In this document: positions 27,075 to 37,066 of the stretch, piece after piece | How positions within the stretch are numbered: position 1 is the stretch's first letter | Layout: the number at the start of each line of letters is the position of its first letter | DNA from: an uncultured Gemmatimonadaceae bacterium | Lineage (GTDB): Bacteria > Gemmatimonadota > Gemmatimonadetes > Longimicrobiales > Gaopeijiaceae | Assembly (NCBI GenBank): GCA_964602175.1 | Contig: CAZRQE010000081.1 | Coordinates: 78,986-142,985 of the forward strand | Direction: 5' to 3' | DNA length: 64,000 nucleotides | Position numbers and translations under genes: made by a program | The notes under the pieces: generated by a model | The model's input: the letters and a program-made list of their open reading frames with translations, nothing else | Told to the model about the DNA's origin: nothing | Databases searched by the model: none

Positions 27075-29768
27075 ATGAAATCCTCCGAAATCCGAAGCAG
27101 GTTCCTTGAGTTCTTCCGCGACCACGGCCACGAGGTCCGTCCCAGTTCATCACTGGTGCCCGCCAATGACCCCACACTGCTGTTCACCAACGCGGGGATG
27201 GTCCAGTTCAAGGGTGCGTTCCTCGGCACCGAGGATCTTTCCTTTGCCCGAGCCGTCACCTCCCAGAAGTGTGTGCGCGCGGGGGGCAAGCACAACGACC
27301 TGGAAGAGGTCGGACGAACGGCCAGGCATCACACGTTCTTCGAGATGCTGGGCAACTTCTCGTTCGGCGACTACTTCAAGCGTGAGGCCGTACGGTACGC
27401 CTGGGACTTCCTGACGGTCGAAATGGGACTTGAAGTGGACCGTCTTTTTGTCACCGTCCATCACACCGACGATGAAGCGGCCGGGCTCTGGACCGAGGTG
27501 GCCGGGGTGCCGCCCGAGCGGATCTACAGGCTCGGAGACAAGGACAACTTCTGGCAGATGGCCGATACGGGGCCCTGCGGTCCGTGCTCCGAGGTGCACT
27601 ACGACATGCGCCCCCGCAGTCAGCGGGGGATCGTGCTGCCGAAGGCCGAATTCGAGGTACGCGGAGAGGCGGGCGAATTCCTGGAACTGTGGAACCTCGT
27701 CTTCATGCAGTTCGACCGCGACGCAAACGGGGTCCAGCACCCCCTTCCGGCCCCGAGCATCGATACCGGGCTGGGGCTGGAGCGATTGGCGGCGGTCATG
27801 CAGGGTGTCGGGAGCAACTACCACACGGACCTGTTTCTGCCCCTGCTCGATGAAGTGGGGTCGGTGGTGGGGCGCCCGTACGCGAAGGACACCGAAGAAG
27901 GCGTCTCGTTCCGTGTCCTTGCCGATCACGCGCGCGCGGTCGCCTTCCTCCTCGCCGACGGCGTCTTTCCGTCGAACGATGGCCGCGGATACGTATTGAG
28001 GCGCATCCTGCGGCGTGGGGTACGGCACGCTTGGCTCCTCGGCAGGCGCGAGCCCACACTCGAGGCGGTGGCCCGGGTCGTGATCGACGAGATGGAAGAG
28101 GCGTATCCCGAGCTTGCGGCGCGCCGCGACAACATTCTGGCAATGGCCCGCGCGGAAGAGGAGCGCTTCCTGGGCACCATCGAGGGGGGTATGGACAGAC
28201 TGGTACAGGTGGCGCCGAGCGTGCCCGCCGACACCTCGCCCCGTCCCGTGATTCCCGGTGCCGAGGTGTTCCGGCTGTATGACACGTTCGGATTCCCGGC
28301 CGATCTGACCCGCATCGTGGCGGACGAACGCGGTTACGCTCTCGACATGGAGGGATTCGAGGAGTCGCTGGAGGCGCAACGGCAAAGGTCGCGGGAGGGA
28401 GCGGGCGTCGGCGGGGCGCCGGCGGTGGCCGGCAGCCATGTAGAGCCCGCCAGGAGCGTCTCCGAGCCTTGCTCGTCACCCCCGTGGCACATGCCGGAGG
28501 GGTCGCCGGCCCCGCGATTCGTGGGCTACGACACGCTTGGCGCCGGTACCGACGTGATCGACTTCTGCGCCGGGGACGGGCGGGTGAGTCTCATCCTGCA
28601 GGACCGCCCCTTCTACCTGGAAGCGGGCGGCCAGGTCTCCGACCGCGGCCGGGTGGTCGCCGACGGATGGAGCATGGACGTGGAGGAGCTCGTTCGCGAC
28701 GGCGGCCACGTCCTCATCCGCGGCCGGCCGACGGGCGAATTCCCCGGTGCAGCCGTGCTCGGCTCCCCGGTCACCGCGCAGGTCGACACCCGCTCGCGCC
28801 GCGACACCGAACGCAACCACACCGCCACCCACCTCCTTCACGCTGCCCTGCGCTCCGTCCTGGGCGAGCATGTCGTGCAGCGCGGTTCGCTGGTTGCGCC
28901 CGCCCGGCTCAGATTCGATTTCTCCCATACGGCGCCCATGACGCAGGCGCAGATCGAGGCGGTCGAGGCGATGGTGAACGAAGGCGTCTGGCTCAATCAC
29001 CCCGTGCACACTTCGGTTCGGCCGTTCGACGAAGCTGTTCGCGCCGGGGCGATGGCGCTCTTCGGTGAGAAATACGACGACGAGGTGCGCGTAGTCGAGG
29101 TGCCGGGGGTGAGCATGGAGCTGTGCGGCGGGACGCATGTGGCGCGCACCGGCGAAATCGGGCTCTTCAAGATCACGTCGGAGACCGGAGTGGGCGGCGG
29201 CGTCAGGCGGATCGAGGCCCTGACGGGCCGCAAGGCATTCGAATACCTGGACGGCTACAGGGATCGCATCGAGGCGTTGGCGGTCTCGGTGAAGTCCATG
29301 CCGGACAACGTGGAGAGGCGCGTCGGGCAACTCCTGAAGGACAAGCGGGCGCTCGAACGGCTGGTGGACGACCTGCGCAGCCGTGGCGGCGGTGGTGCCG
29401 ACCTGCTGGCCGAGGCTGAAATCGATGTCGGCGGGCGCCGCCTGACCTACCGCAGTGTGCGCCTCAGCGTACGGGGTCCCGGCGACGTGCGTAAGTGGGG
29501 CGACGCATTCCGGGCGTCGGAGGGTGCCGGTGTGGCAGTTGTGGTGGCCCGGATGCCGGAGGGCAGATTGTCCCTCTTCGCGTTCGCAAGTGACCAGGCG
29601 ATCGCGGCCGGGGCGCGGGCGGACCGCGTGGTGCGTGAAGTCGCAGCCGCAGTGGGAGGGAGGGGTGGCGGCCGGCCGCACATGGCCCAGGCCGGGGTTG
29701 CTGATCCGGATGGAGTCGCGGACGCGGTCCGTCATGGTGCGAAGGTGGTTGCCGAACTGGTTGGATGA
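27075..29768 (+). CDS. alaS: Alanine--tRNA ligase
   Basis: MKSSEIRSRFLEFFRDHGH, FTNAGM, class II core, editing-domain HxxxH (HTATHLLH), C-terminal DHHA1-like domain. Confidence 0.95.
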   Translation: MKSSEIRSRFLEFFRDHGHEVRPSSSLVPANDPTLLFTNAGMVQFKGAFLGTEDLSFARAVTSQKCVRAGGKHNDLEEVGRTARHHTFFEMLGNFSFGDYFKREAVRYAWDFLTVEMGLEVDRLFVTVHHTDDEAAGLWTEVAGVPPERIYRLGDKDNFWQMADTGPCGPCSEVHYDMRPRSQRGIVLPKAEFEVRGEAGEFLELWNLVFMQFDRDANGVQHPLPAPSIDTGLGLERLAAVMQGVGSNYHTDLFLPLLDEVGSVVGRPYAKDTEEGVSFRVLADHARAVAFLLADGVFPSNDGRGYVLRRILRRGVRHAWLLGRREPTLEAVARVVIDEMEEAYPELAARRDNILAMARAEEERFLGTIEGGMDRLVQVAPSVPADTSPRPVIPGAEVFRLYDTFGFPADLTRIVADERGYALDMEGFEESLEAQRQRSREGAGVGGAPAVAGSHVEPARSVSEPCSSPPWHMPEGSPAPRFVGYDTLGAGTDVIDFCAGDGRVSLILQDRPFYLEAGGQVSDRGRVVADGWSMDVEELVRDGGHVLIRGRPTGEFPGAAVLGSPVTAQVDTRSRRDTERNHTATHLLHAALRSVLGEHVVQRGSLVAPARLRFDFSHTAPMTQAQIEAVEAMVNEGVWLNHPVHTSVRPFDEAVRAGAMALFGEKYDDEVRVVEVPGVSMELCGGTHVARTGEIGLFKITSETGVGGGVRRIEALTGRKAFEYLDGYRDRIEALAVSVKSMPDNVERRVGQLLKDKRALERLVDDLRSRGGGGADLLAEAEIDVGGRRLTYRSVRLSVRGPGDVRKWGDAFRASEGAGVAVVVARMPEGRLSLFAFASDQAIAAGARADRVVREVAAAVGGRGGGRPHMAQAGVADPDGVADAVRHGAKVVAELVG

Positions 29769-30070
29769 GCAGTCCCATGACCATTGCGGAGTGGATTTCG
29801 CAGCGCGAACGAAGGGTGCCGGACGCGTTTCAGCCCGGTTTGCGGGCCGATGCCCCGGTTTCCCTGGGTGCACTTGTCAACGCTGCGGAAGAAGCGCTGG
29901 TGGCGTGCGGCGATGACCACGGCCGCAGGGCCGCCCACGCCCTGCTGGCGGCGGACGCGTACATCACGTACGCTTGTCTCTGGGCGGTGGAGGAAGAAGA
30001 CGATCTTGGGACTTTGCGTGACGTGGCCGAGCGGGTGGTGCGCGCCTGGGGCGCTGGGGACGGGAGATGA
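29765..30070 (+). CDS. Hypothetical small acidic protein (101 aa)
   Basis: ATGA overlaps on both sides (alaS stop and next gene start) argue for translation. No motif recognised. Confidence 0.45.
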   Translation: MSSPMTIAEWISQRERRVPDAFQPGLRADAPVSLGALVNAAEEALVACGDDHGRRAAHALLAADAYITYACLWAVEEEDDLGTLRDVAERVVRAWGAGDGR

Positions 30071-30870
30071 CCGGGGGCTACTCGGATTTTCACAACCATC
30101 TCGTCCCGGGTGTCGACGACGGTTCGCGCAGCGTGGCCGACGCCCTGCACTCCGTGGGACGAATGGTCCGGGCGGGGGTCGTCCGGATCATCACGACCCC
30201 GCATTTCCTGGCATCCTCGCTCGGTTCACCCCTGTTGGGCGACCTGATGGCGCACCACGACGAGCGCTGGCGAAAGATACGAGACGCCGCACGCGAAACC
30301 TTCCCGCAACTGGACTTTCGCCGTGGATTCGAGGTGCGTCTGGACATTCCGGATCCCGATCTGTCCGATCGCAGGACCCGTCTCGGCGGCACGCGCTTCG
30401 TGCTGGTGGAGTGGCCCGGATTCCGCGCACCGGGCAACGGTCCCGAGATCCTGGGGAGGCTGGTCGCCTCGGGTTGGGTTCCGGTAGTCGCCCACCCGGA
30501 GCGCTACCGGGGACTCGGCAGAGGCCTGCTTGCCGCGCGCGCCTGGAAGGAGGCGGGCGCCCGGCTGCAGGGGAACTACGGCTCACTTGCAGGACAGTAC
30601 GGACGAGGGCCGACGGCTCGGATCATGAGAATGTTGAGCGAGGGCATGCTCGACTATCTGTCTTCCGATTTCCATGGCCGCCCGGAGTACACCTTCTACA
30701 TGGGCCGAGGCGTAGAGGTGCTGAAGCAGTGGGATTGCGAGGAGCAGCTGCGGTTGCTGACGCAGGAGAACCCGGCGCGGCTGTTTCGGGGAGAGTCCCC
30801 GCGCACGGTCCCGCCGCTGCGGATCCCGGAGGCGTTCAAGCATCAAATGGGAGGTTGGGTCGATGGGTAG
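30067..30870 (+). CDS. PHP-family metal-dependent protein-tyrosine phosphatase (CpsB/YwqE-like)
   Basis: N-terminal DFHNHLVPGVDDGS (compare DxHxHxLPGxDDG of CpsB/YwqE), later AHPERY and DFHG histidine motifs. Confidence 0.7.
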   Translation: MTGGYSDFHNHLVPGVDDGSRSVADALHSVGRMVRAGVVRIITTPHFLASSLGSPLLGDLMAHHDERWRKIRDAARETFPQLDFRRGFEVRLDIPDPDLSDRRTRLGGTRFVLVEWPGFRAPGNGPEILGRLVASGWVPVVAHPERYRGLGRGLLAARAWKEAGARLQGNYGSLAGQYGRGPTARIMRMLSEGMLDYLSSDFHGRPEYTFYMGRGVEVLKQWDCEEQLRLLTQENPARLFRGESPRTVPPLRIPEAFKHQMGGWVDG

Positions 30871-31489
30871 GGTGGGCATACGTTCCGGTCTATCGGAACT
30901 CGCGACGGTCGCCGGGCTCGTAGCGGAAACGCTGCGCCCGGAAATCACGGAATACGCCACTCGCGCGCTGGCCACCGTCGCCGGCGGAAACAAGCTGATG
31001 TTCTGCGGCAACGGGGGATCGGCGGCCGACGCTCAGCATCTCGCAGCGGAATACGTGGTGCGCCTGGCGTGGTCGAGGCCGGCGCTGCCCGCACTCGCGT
31101 TGACGGCCGACACATCCGTTCTGACCGCCTGCGCCAACGACCGCGGGTATGACGAGGTGTTCGCGCGCCAGGTCGCCGCGCTGGGCAGACCCGGCGATCT
31201 TCTGGTCATTCACTCGACGTCCGGCGATTCGGCCAACCTGGTCAAGGCCACTTCCCAGGCGAGGCAGAGGGGTATGACGATCGTCGGCCTGCTGGCGGGC
31301 GGCGGCGGCCAACTGAATTCCCTGGTCGATGTTGCCGTGCTCCTGCCGACGGAGCGAGTTTCCCGGGCACAGGAGGTGCACCTTGCGATCGGGCACATCG
31401 TTTGCCGCTACGTGGAAGAGTCTCTCTTTGGCGACGTGGCCGCACAAACCGAGGACCCGTTGGATTCCGAAGGACAGTTGAGCCATTGA
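30863..31489 (+). CDS. gmhA: SIS-domain D-sedoheptulose-7-phosphate isomerase
   Basis: FCGNGGSAADAQHLAAE, ALTADTSVLTACANDRGYDEVFARQV, STSGDSANL; GmhA/DiaA family pattern. Confidence 0.75.
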   Translation: MGRVGIRSGLSELATVAGLVAETLRPEITEYATRALATVAGGNKLMFCGNGGSAADAQHLAAEYVVRLAWSRPALPALALTADTSVLTACANDRGYDEVFARQVAALGRPGDLLVIHSTSGDSANLVKATSQARQRGMTIVGLLAGGGGQLNSLVDVAVLLPTERVSRAQEVHLAIGHIVCRYVEESLFGDVAAQTEDPLDSEGQLSH

Positions 31490-32253
31490 ACGCACTCGAG
31501 TTGAGATTGAGGGGGAAGCGGGCGCTGGTGACCGGCGGGTCACGGGGAGTCGGGGCCGCAACGGTCCGGCTGCTTGCGGGCGCGGGCGCCGACGTGGGCA
31601 TCTCCTATCACAGCCGCAGCGCCGAAGCGGATCGCGTCGTGGACGAGGCCAGAGCCATGGGGGTCAGCAGCTGGGCGGAGGGCGGTGACATCGCCGACCG
31701 CGCCGCCGTGGACCGCCTCTTCAGCCGGGTGGACCGCGAGTTCGGCAGCCTCGACATCTTTGTCGGCAACGCCGGCATCTGGCCGGTCGCCGACGTGCCC
31801 CTGGCGGAGATGGACGATGCGCGCTGGCGACGCACAATCGCCGTTAATCTCGATTCGATCTTCTTTACGACGCGCGAGGCGCTTCGCCGCATGAACGACG
31901 ACGGGCGCGTGATCCTGGTGAGTTCGACCGCCGGGCAGCGCGGCGAAGCCTACCACGCCGACTACGCCGCAACGAAAGGCGCGATGATCTCCATGGTGAA
32001 GGGGCTCTGCGTGGAGGTCGGCGGCAGGGGCATAACGGTCAACGCGGTGGCGCCCGGCTGGATCGACACCGAGATGTCGCAGGACGCGCTGGGCAGTGAG
32101 GACCGCACCAGGATCGAGGCGGACATTCCGATCGGCAGGGTTGCAACGGCAGAGGATGTGGCCGGGCCGATCGCGCTTCTGTGCTCGCCGCTGGCGCGCC
32201 ACATTACAGGCGAGATTCTGAACGTCAACGGAGGAGCGGTGCTCGTCGGGTGA
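31486..32253 (+). CDS. Short-chain dehydrogenase/reductase (FabG-like)
   Basis: TGGSRGVGAA cofactor motif, NAG, catalytic YAATKGA. TTG start at 31486 overlaps the gmhA stop (TTGA). Confidence 0.85.
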   Translation: MNALELRLRGKRALVTGGSRGVGAATVRLLAGAGADVGISYHSRSAEADRVVDEARAMGVSSWAEGGDIADRAAVDRLFSRVDREFGSLDIFVGNAGIWPVADVPLAEMDDARWRRTIAVNLDSIFFTTREALRRMNDDGRVILVSSTAGQRGEAYHADYAATKGAMISMVKGLCVEVGGRGITVNAVAPGWIDTEMSQDALGSEDRTRIEADIPIGRVATAEDVAGPIALLCSPLARHITGEILNVNGGAVLVG

Positions 32254-32326
32254 GTTACCGGACTCCAGCAGTCCTGGCGAGCGAAAGCAGGCGCACACGG
32301 CTTGTTCCCGCGAGCCGGCTGGACGA

Positions 32327-33592
32327 ATGAGCATGCGAATCGAGGTTCCCCGTGCCGTTTGCGAAATGGTCGAACGCCTGGAGAAGGCCGGGTTCGAGAC
32401 GTGGACGGTGGGAGGCGCCGTCAGGGATGCGGTCCGTGGCAGCCCCGGCGAACGCGAAGACTGGGATCTGGCGACCCGTGCGCATCCCCGACAGGTGCGG
32501 CGGCTCTTCGCCCGCACGGTACCGCTGGGCATGGAATACGGGACCGTCGGAGTCTTCGGCAGCGATGGCGTCATGTACGAGGTTACCACCTTCCGGCACG
32601 ACGTGATCACCTACGGGCGCAAGGCGGTGGTTGCCTTCGCGGAAAGCCTCCAGGACGACCTCGCTCGCCGGGATTTCACCGTCAACGCCATGGCCTGGCA
32701 CCCCGGAAAGCGCAGGCTGTGCGACCCCCACGGTGGACAGAACGATCTGGCAAGGGGGCTGCTGCGGGCGGTGGGCATCCCGTCCGAGCGTTTTCGAGAG
32801 GACTATTTGCGTGTGCTCCGGGGGTTGCGCTTCGCCGGAGCGCTGGGATTCGAAGTCGAGCCCGAGACCTGGGCGGGAATGATCGAAGCCGCACCGGGGA
32901 TAGCGAAGCTCTCGGTAGAACGCATACGCGAAGAGTTGATGAAGGTTCTGGCCGGACCGCGTCCGTCGCGGGCGCTGAATCTGTATCGGCGTTGCGGGGC
33001 CATGGAGTACGTATTGCCGGAGATCGACAGGCCGTTTGCCGACGATGCCCTGGCCGCCGTGGACGCCGTACCGAGGCACGACCCGGCCGTGCGCTTGACC
33101 ATGCTGTTGCTCCACGGCCTGGGCGTCGCCGCTCCTCCGCCGACGGTGTCCGGCCTGCTTGTCCGCCTCCGCTTTTCCAACAGCGATGTGGAGCAAATCC
33201 GGTCGACGTTCAGTGGAGGGCTGCGACCGCCAAGGGGGGTGGCGGATGACGCCGCGGCTCGCAGGCGATGGATGGCCCAAACGGGAAAAGCGGCGCTTCG
33301 CCACGTCTTCCGGGTGTGGCGCGCCGCGGGGCGGATCGGCACGGAACGGGAGGCGGCGGTCGAGCTGGCCATCGCGGCCATCGAAGGTGATGTCGACCAG
33401 GCGGTCCCGCTGTCGATTCAGGAGCTGGCCGTCGCCGGACGGGACCTTGTAGCGCTGGGCTGGCGGCCGGGGCCCGACATCGGGAGGGCGCTGCGCCGTC
33501 TGCTGGAGGCGGTCTGGGAGGACTCCGTGCCGAACGACCGCACGAGGCTGATCGAGATGGCGGGACGCATGGGGCCGGGCGGAGCCATCTGA
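32327..33592 (+). CDS. tRNA nucleotidyltransferase / poly(A) polymerase family protein (CCA-adding-like)
   Basis: Head-domain motifs TVGGAVRDAV, DWDLAT and RDFTVNAM. Confidence 0.8.
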   Translation: MSMRIEVPRAVCEMVERLEKAGFETWTVGGAVRDAVRGSPGEREDWDLATRAHPRQVRRLFARTVPLGMEYGTVGVFGSDGVMYEVTTFRHDVITYGRKAVVAFAESLQDDLARRDFTVNAMAWHPGKRRLCDPHGGQNDLARGLLRAVGIPSERFREDYLRVLRGLRFAGALGFEVEPETWAGMIEAAPGIAKLSVERIREELMKVLAGPRPSRALNLYRRCGAMEYVLPEIDRPFADDALAAVDAVPRHDPAVRLTMLLLHGLGVAAPPPTVSGLLVRLRFSNSDVEQIRSTFSGGLRPPRGVADDAAARRRWMAQTGKAALRHVFRVWRAAGRIGTEREAAVELAIAAIEGDVDQAVPLSIQELAVAGRDLVALGWRPGPDIGRALRRLLEAVWEDSVPNDRTRLIEMAGRMGPGGAI

Positions 33593-34959
33593 TGGGCAAG
33601 ACGTTCGATCTCTTTCCGGACGCCTCCACCCCCGGGCGCATGTCGGGTGGGCAGCCGGACGAGGCCGGTCGAGCGGTGGTGGACCGGTCCGCGCCACTTG
33701 CGTCGCGCATGCGGCCACGCACGCTGGCCGAGTTCCGCGGCCAGGAGGAGGTTGTCGGGCCGGGGGGCTCGATCCGGATCATGATCGACAGCGGACAGAT
33801 CGGCAGCTTCATCCTCTGGGGCCCACCGGGCTCGGGAAAGACGACGCTGGCCAGACTGGTCGCCGAATCAGCCGAGGCCGCCTTCGTTTCCTTCAGCGCG
33901 GTGACCGAGGGCGTGGCGCGGGTACGCGAGATCATTGCCGAGGCACGCGCCCGACGCTCGGCGAGCGGCCGCGCCACAATCCTCTTCTGCGACGAGATCC
34001 ACCGGTTCAACAAGGCCCAGCAGGACGCGTTCCTTCCGGTCGTCGAAGCGGGGGTCGTCACCCTGATCGGGGCCACGACCGAGAATCCCAGTTTCGAGGT
34101 AGTGCGGCCCCTCCTCTCCCGGGCACCGGTCGTGGTACTCGCCCCACTGTCTCGGGACGAACTCGTGCAGGTTCTTCACGACGCCCTCGACGACCGGGAG
34201 CGGGGGCTCGGCGCGGCAGAGCTCGCGGCGCCCGAGGAAGTCGTCCGGCGCATCGCCGACGTTGCGGACGGCGACGCCAGACGCGCGCTGGGCATCCTCG
34301 AGCGGGCGGCGGTGGTGTGCGGGGCGGGCGGCACGCTGTCCACGGAGGCCGTCGAGGCCGCGATACAACACCGCTTCGCGGTCTACGACAAGTCCGGGGA
34401 CCAGCACTACGATCACATCTCGGCGCTCCACAAGTCGGTGCGAGGCGGGGATCCGGACGCCGCGCTCTATTGGCTGGGACGGATGCTCGATGCCGGCGAG
34501 GATCCCCTGTACATCGCACGGCGGCTGGTGCGCATGGCCAGCGAGGACATCGGCCTCGCCAATCCCTCGGCGCTTGCCGTGGCGATGGCTTGCCGCGACG
34601 CCTACCGGTTTCTGGGCGCGCCGGAAGGGGAGCTGGCCCTTGCCCAGGCCACGGTCTACCTGGCCGGCAGTCCGAAGTCCAACCGTCTCTACAGGGGATG
34701 GGGCCGGGCGCTGTCGCGTGCCCGGGAGACGCCGGGCGAGGCCGTCCCGATGCACCTGCGCAATGCGCCCACAAGGCTCATGAAGGACCTTGGCCACGGA
34801 GAGGGGTATCTTTACGATCCGGAACAGCCGGGCGGCGTGTCTCGTCAGCAGTACCTGCCGGAGGGTCTGATTGGTGAGCGGTTCTACAACCCCGGCGACA
34901 AGGGTTGGGAGGCCGACCTGGACAGGCGGCTTTCCGAATGGCGAAAAAAGAGGAGATAG
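33592..34959 (+). CDS. rarA: Replication-associated recombination protein A (AAA+ ATPase)
   Basis: MRPRTLAEFRGQ, Walker A GPPGSGKTT, DEIHRFNKAQQD, SALHKSVRGGDPDAALYW. Confidence 0.9.
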   Translation: MGKTFDLFPDASTPGRMSGGQPDEAGRAVVDRSAPLASRMRPRTLAEFRGQEEVVGPGGSIRIMIDSGQIGSFILWGPPGSGKTTLARLVAESAEAAFVSFSAVTEGVARVREIIAEARARRSASGRATILFCDEIHRFNKAQQDAFLPVVEAGVVTLIGATTENPSFEVVRPLLSRAPVVVLAPLSRDELVQVLHDALDDRERGLGAAELAAPEEVVRRIADVADGDARRALGILERAAVVCGAGGTLSTEAVEAAIQHRFAVYDKSGDQHYDHISALHKSVRGGDPDAALYWLGRMLDAGEDPLYIARRLVRMASEDIGLANPSALAVAMACRDAYRFLGAPEGELALAQATVYLAGSPKSNRLYRGWGRALSRARETPGEAVPMHLRNAPTRLMKDLGHGEGYLYDPEQPGGVSRQQYLPEGLIGERFYNPGDKGWEADLDRRLSEWRKKRR

Positions 34960-34986
34960 CGACCGATTCCGACCCAACTGCTGGAC

Positions 34987-36288
34987 ATGCGGACGCCCGT
35001 GGACCGCGCGATCCTCGTGGGGACGCCCGGAGACACCGAACGCGCGGAAAGCGCGAGGGAGCATCTCGCCGAGCTGGGAAGGCTGACCGACACGGCCGGG
35101 GGCGTGATCGTGGGCGAACTCGTGCAGCGCCGCCGGGCGCCCGAGGCGCGCTACTATCTGGGACGGGGCAAGGCCGCCGAGCTGTCGGAGCTGGTGCGTG
35201 AGAAGGATGCGAGTCTGATCATCTTCGACGATGAACTGACGCCCGCCCAGGGCAAGAACCTCGAGGAACTGTGCGGCGTCCGGGTCATGGATCGCGCCGA
35301 GCTCATTCTCGACATCTTCGCCACCCGCGCCAGGACACACGAAGCGCGCATGCAGGTCGAGCTGGCCCAGTTGCAATATCTCCTGCCCAGGCTCCGCCGC
35401 ATGTGGATTCACCTCTCCCGCATCCGCGGGGGGATCGGACTGCGCGGGCCCGGCGAGACGCAGCTGGAGACCGACCGCAGGCTGATCGGTACCCGGATTG
35501 CCGAACTCCGCCGCAAGTTGCGCGGGGTGGCGCGCGCCGAAGCCGTACGGCGAAAGCGCCGGGAGGGAAGCTTTCGGGCCGCGCTTGTCGGGTACACGAA
35601 CGCCGGGAAGTCCTCCTTGCTGCAGGCGCTGTCCGGTTCGAAGCAACGGGTCGAGGACAGGCTCTTCGCCACGCTGGACCCATCCACACGCCTCGTCGAT
35701 GTCGGGGACGGGCACGAGGTTCTGGTCACCGATACGGTGGGGTTCATACGCAAGCTCCCGCATCATCTGATCGCGTCCTTCCGGTCGACCCTGGAGGAAG
35801 CGGCCGAAGCGGACGTGCTGCTCCATGTCATCGACGCATCTCATCCCCACATGGACGCCCAGAGGCGCGTCGTGCGGGACGTCCTGGAGGAGCTCGACCT
35901 GCGCCAGCAACCGCGCATCGTGGTGTTCAACAAGATCGATCTGCTCGCCAGCGACGACCTGCTGGCTCTGCGCAAGCGCCTCAACGCTTCGGACAGCGGG
36001 TGTGCGCTGTTCGCGTCCGCGGTCACACCCGCCACCCTGGAACCGCTCCGCGGTGAGCTTCGGGCGAGGATCCGGGCACGAATGCAGACCGTGGACGTGG
36101 AAATGCCCGCAGCAGAAGGAAAGACCCTGGCCGCATTGTATCACGAGGGCGAAGTGCTGTCACGCAGTCAGGACGGGTGCGTGGTGCGGGTTGTCGCGAA
36201 CGCACCACCGGCGCTCATCGGCCGGCTCCGGTCCACCGACGGGGTGCGGGTCAAGGCACATCAATCGCACGGAGGATTCCCGCAATGA
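34987..36288 (+). CDS. hflX: GTPase HflX
   Basis: HflX N-domain ([13 protein letters not shown]...), G1 [20 protein letters not shown]. Confidence 0.9.
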   Translation: MRTPVDRAILVGTPGDTERAESAREHLAELGRLTDTAGGVIVGELVQRRRAPEARYYLGRGKAAELSELVREKDASLIIFDDELTPAQGKNLEELCGVRVMDRAELILDIFATRARTHEARMQVELAQLQYLLPRLRRMWIHLSRIRGGIGLRGPGETQLETDRRLIGTRIAELRRKLRGVARAEAVRRKRREGSFRAALVGYTNAGKSSLLQALSGSKQRVEDRLFATLDPSTRLVDVGDGHEVLVTDTVGFIRKLPHHLIASFRSTLEEAAEADVLLHVIDASHPHMDAQRRVVRDVLEELDLRQQPRIVVFNKIDLLASDDLLALRKRLNASDSGCALFASAVTPATLEPLRGELRARIRARMQTVDVEMPAAEGKTLAALYHEGEVLSRSQDGCVVRVVANAPPALIGRLRSTDGVRVKAHQSHGGFPQ

Positions 36289-37055
36289 GGCTCTACATCA
36301 ACATCGACCACGTCGCCACGGTCCGTCAGGCACGCCGCACGGACGAGCCCGATCCCGTGCGCGCCGCCGTGCTCGCCGAACTGGGCGGGGCCGACGGGAT
36401 CACCATCCACCTGCGCGAGGACCGGCGCCACATCAACGACCGCGACGTGCGGCTTCTGGCCGAAACCGTGCGAACCGGCATCAACTTCGAACTTGCGGCC
36501 GCCGATCCGGTGGTCGACATCGCGGTGGGGCTCGCTCCGATGCAGGCTACGCTGGTGCCCGAAAAGCGCGAGGAGGTGACCACGGAGGGCGGTCTGAACC
36601 TGGCGTCCGCGTCGGTTCGAGACGGTGTGGCCGCCGCGCTACGGCGCCTTGAAGCCGCAGGGACCCGTACATCCCTTTTCATCGACCCGGATCCGGACGC
36701 TCTGGAGCACTCGTCCGGGCTGGGAGCGCATGCGGTCGAGCTTCATACCGGAGAGTACGCCAACGCCGGCAGCGACGCCGAAAGGGCGTCCGAACTCGGC
36801 CGCCTGGCCACCGCGGCCGAACATGGCCACGGTCTCGGGCTGGCGATCCACGCCGGACACGGACTGACCTACGAGAACGTCGTGCCGGTGGCGGCCCTGC
36901 CGCATATCGAAGAGCTGAACATCGGTCACAGCGTGGTTTCCCGTGCCGTGCTGGTGGGGCTCGAGCGCGCCGTCCGAGAGATGAAGGCGATCGTCCTGGG
37001 GGCGCCGGACCGTGTGCCAGGCCCGGGTGCGTGGGTTCCGCCGAAGGGATTCTAG
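36285..37055 (+). CDS. pdxJ: Pyridoxine 5'-phosphate synthase
   Basis: [47 protein letters not shown] overlap with hflX. Confidence 0.92.
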   Translation: MRLYINIDHVATVRQARRTDEPDPVRAAVLAELGGADGITIHLREDRRHINDRDVRLLAETVRTGINFELAAADPVVDIAVGLAPMQATLVPEKREEVTTEGGLNLASASVRDGVAAALRRLEAAGTRTSLFIDPDPDALEHSSGLGAHAVELHTGEYANAGSDAERASELGRLATAAEHGHGLGLAIHAGHGLTYENVVPVAALPHIEELNIGHSVVSRAVLVGLERAVREMKAIVLGAPDRVPGPGAWVPPKGF

Positions 37056-37066
37056 CAGCCCGGCCC

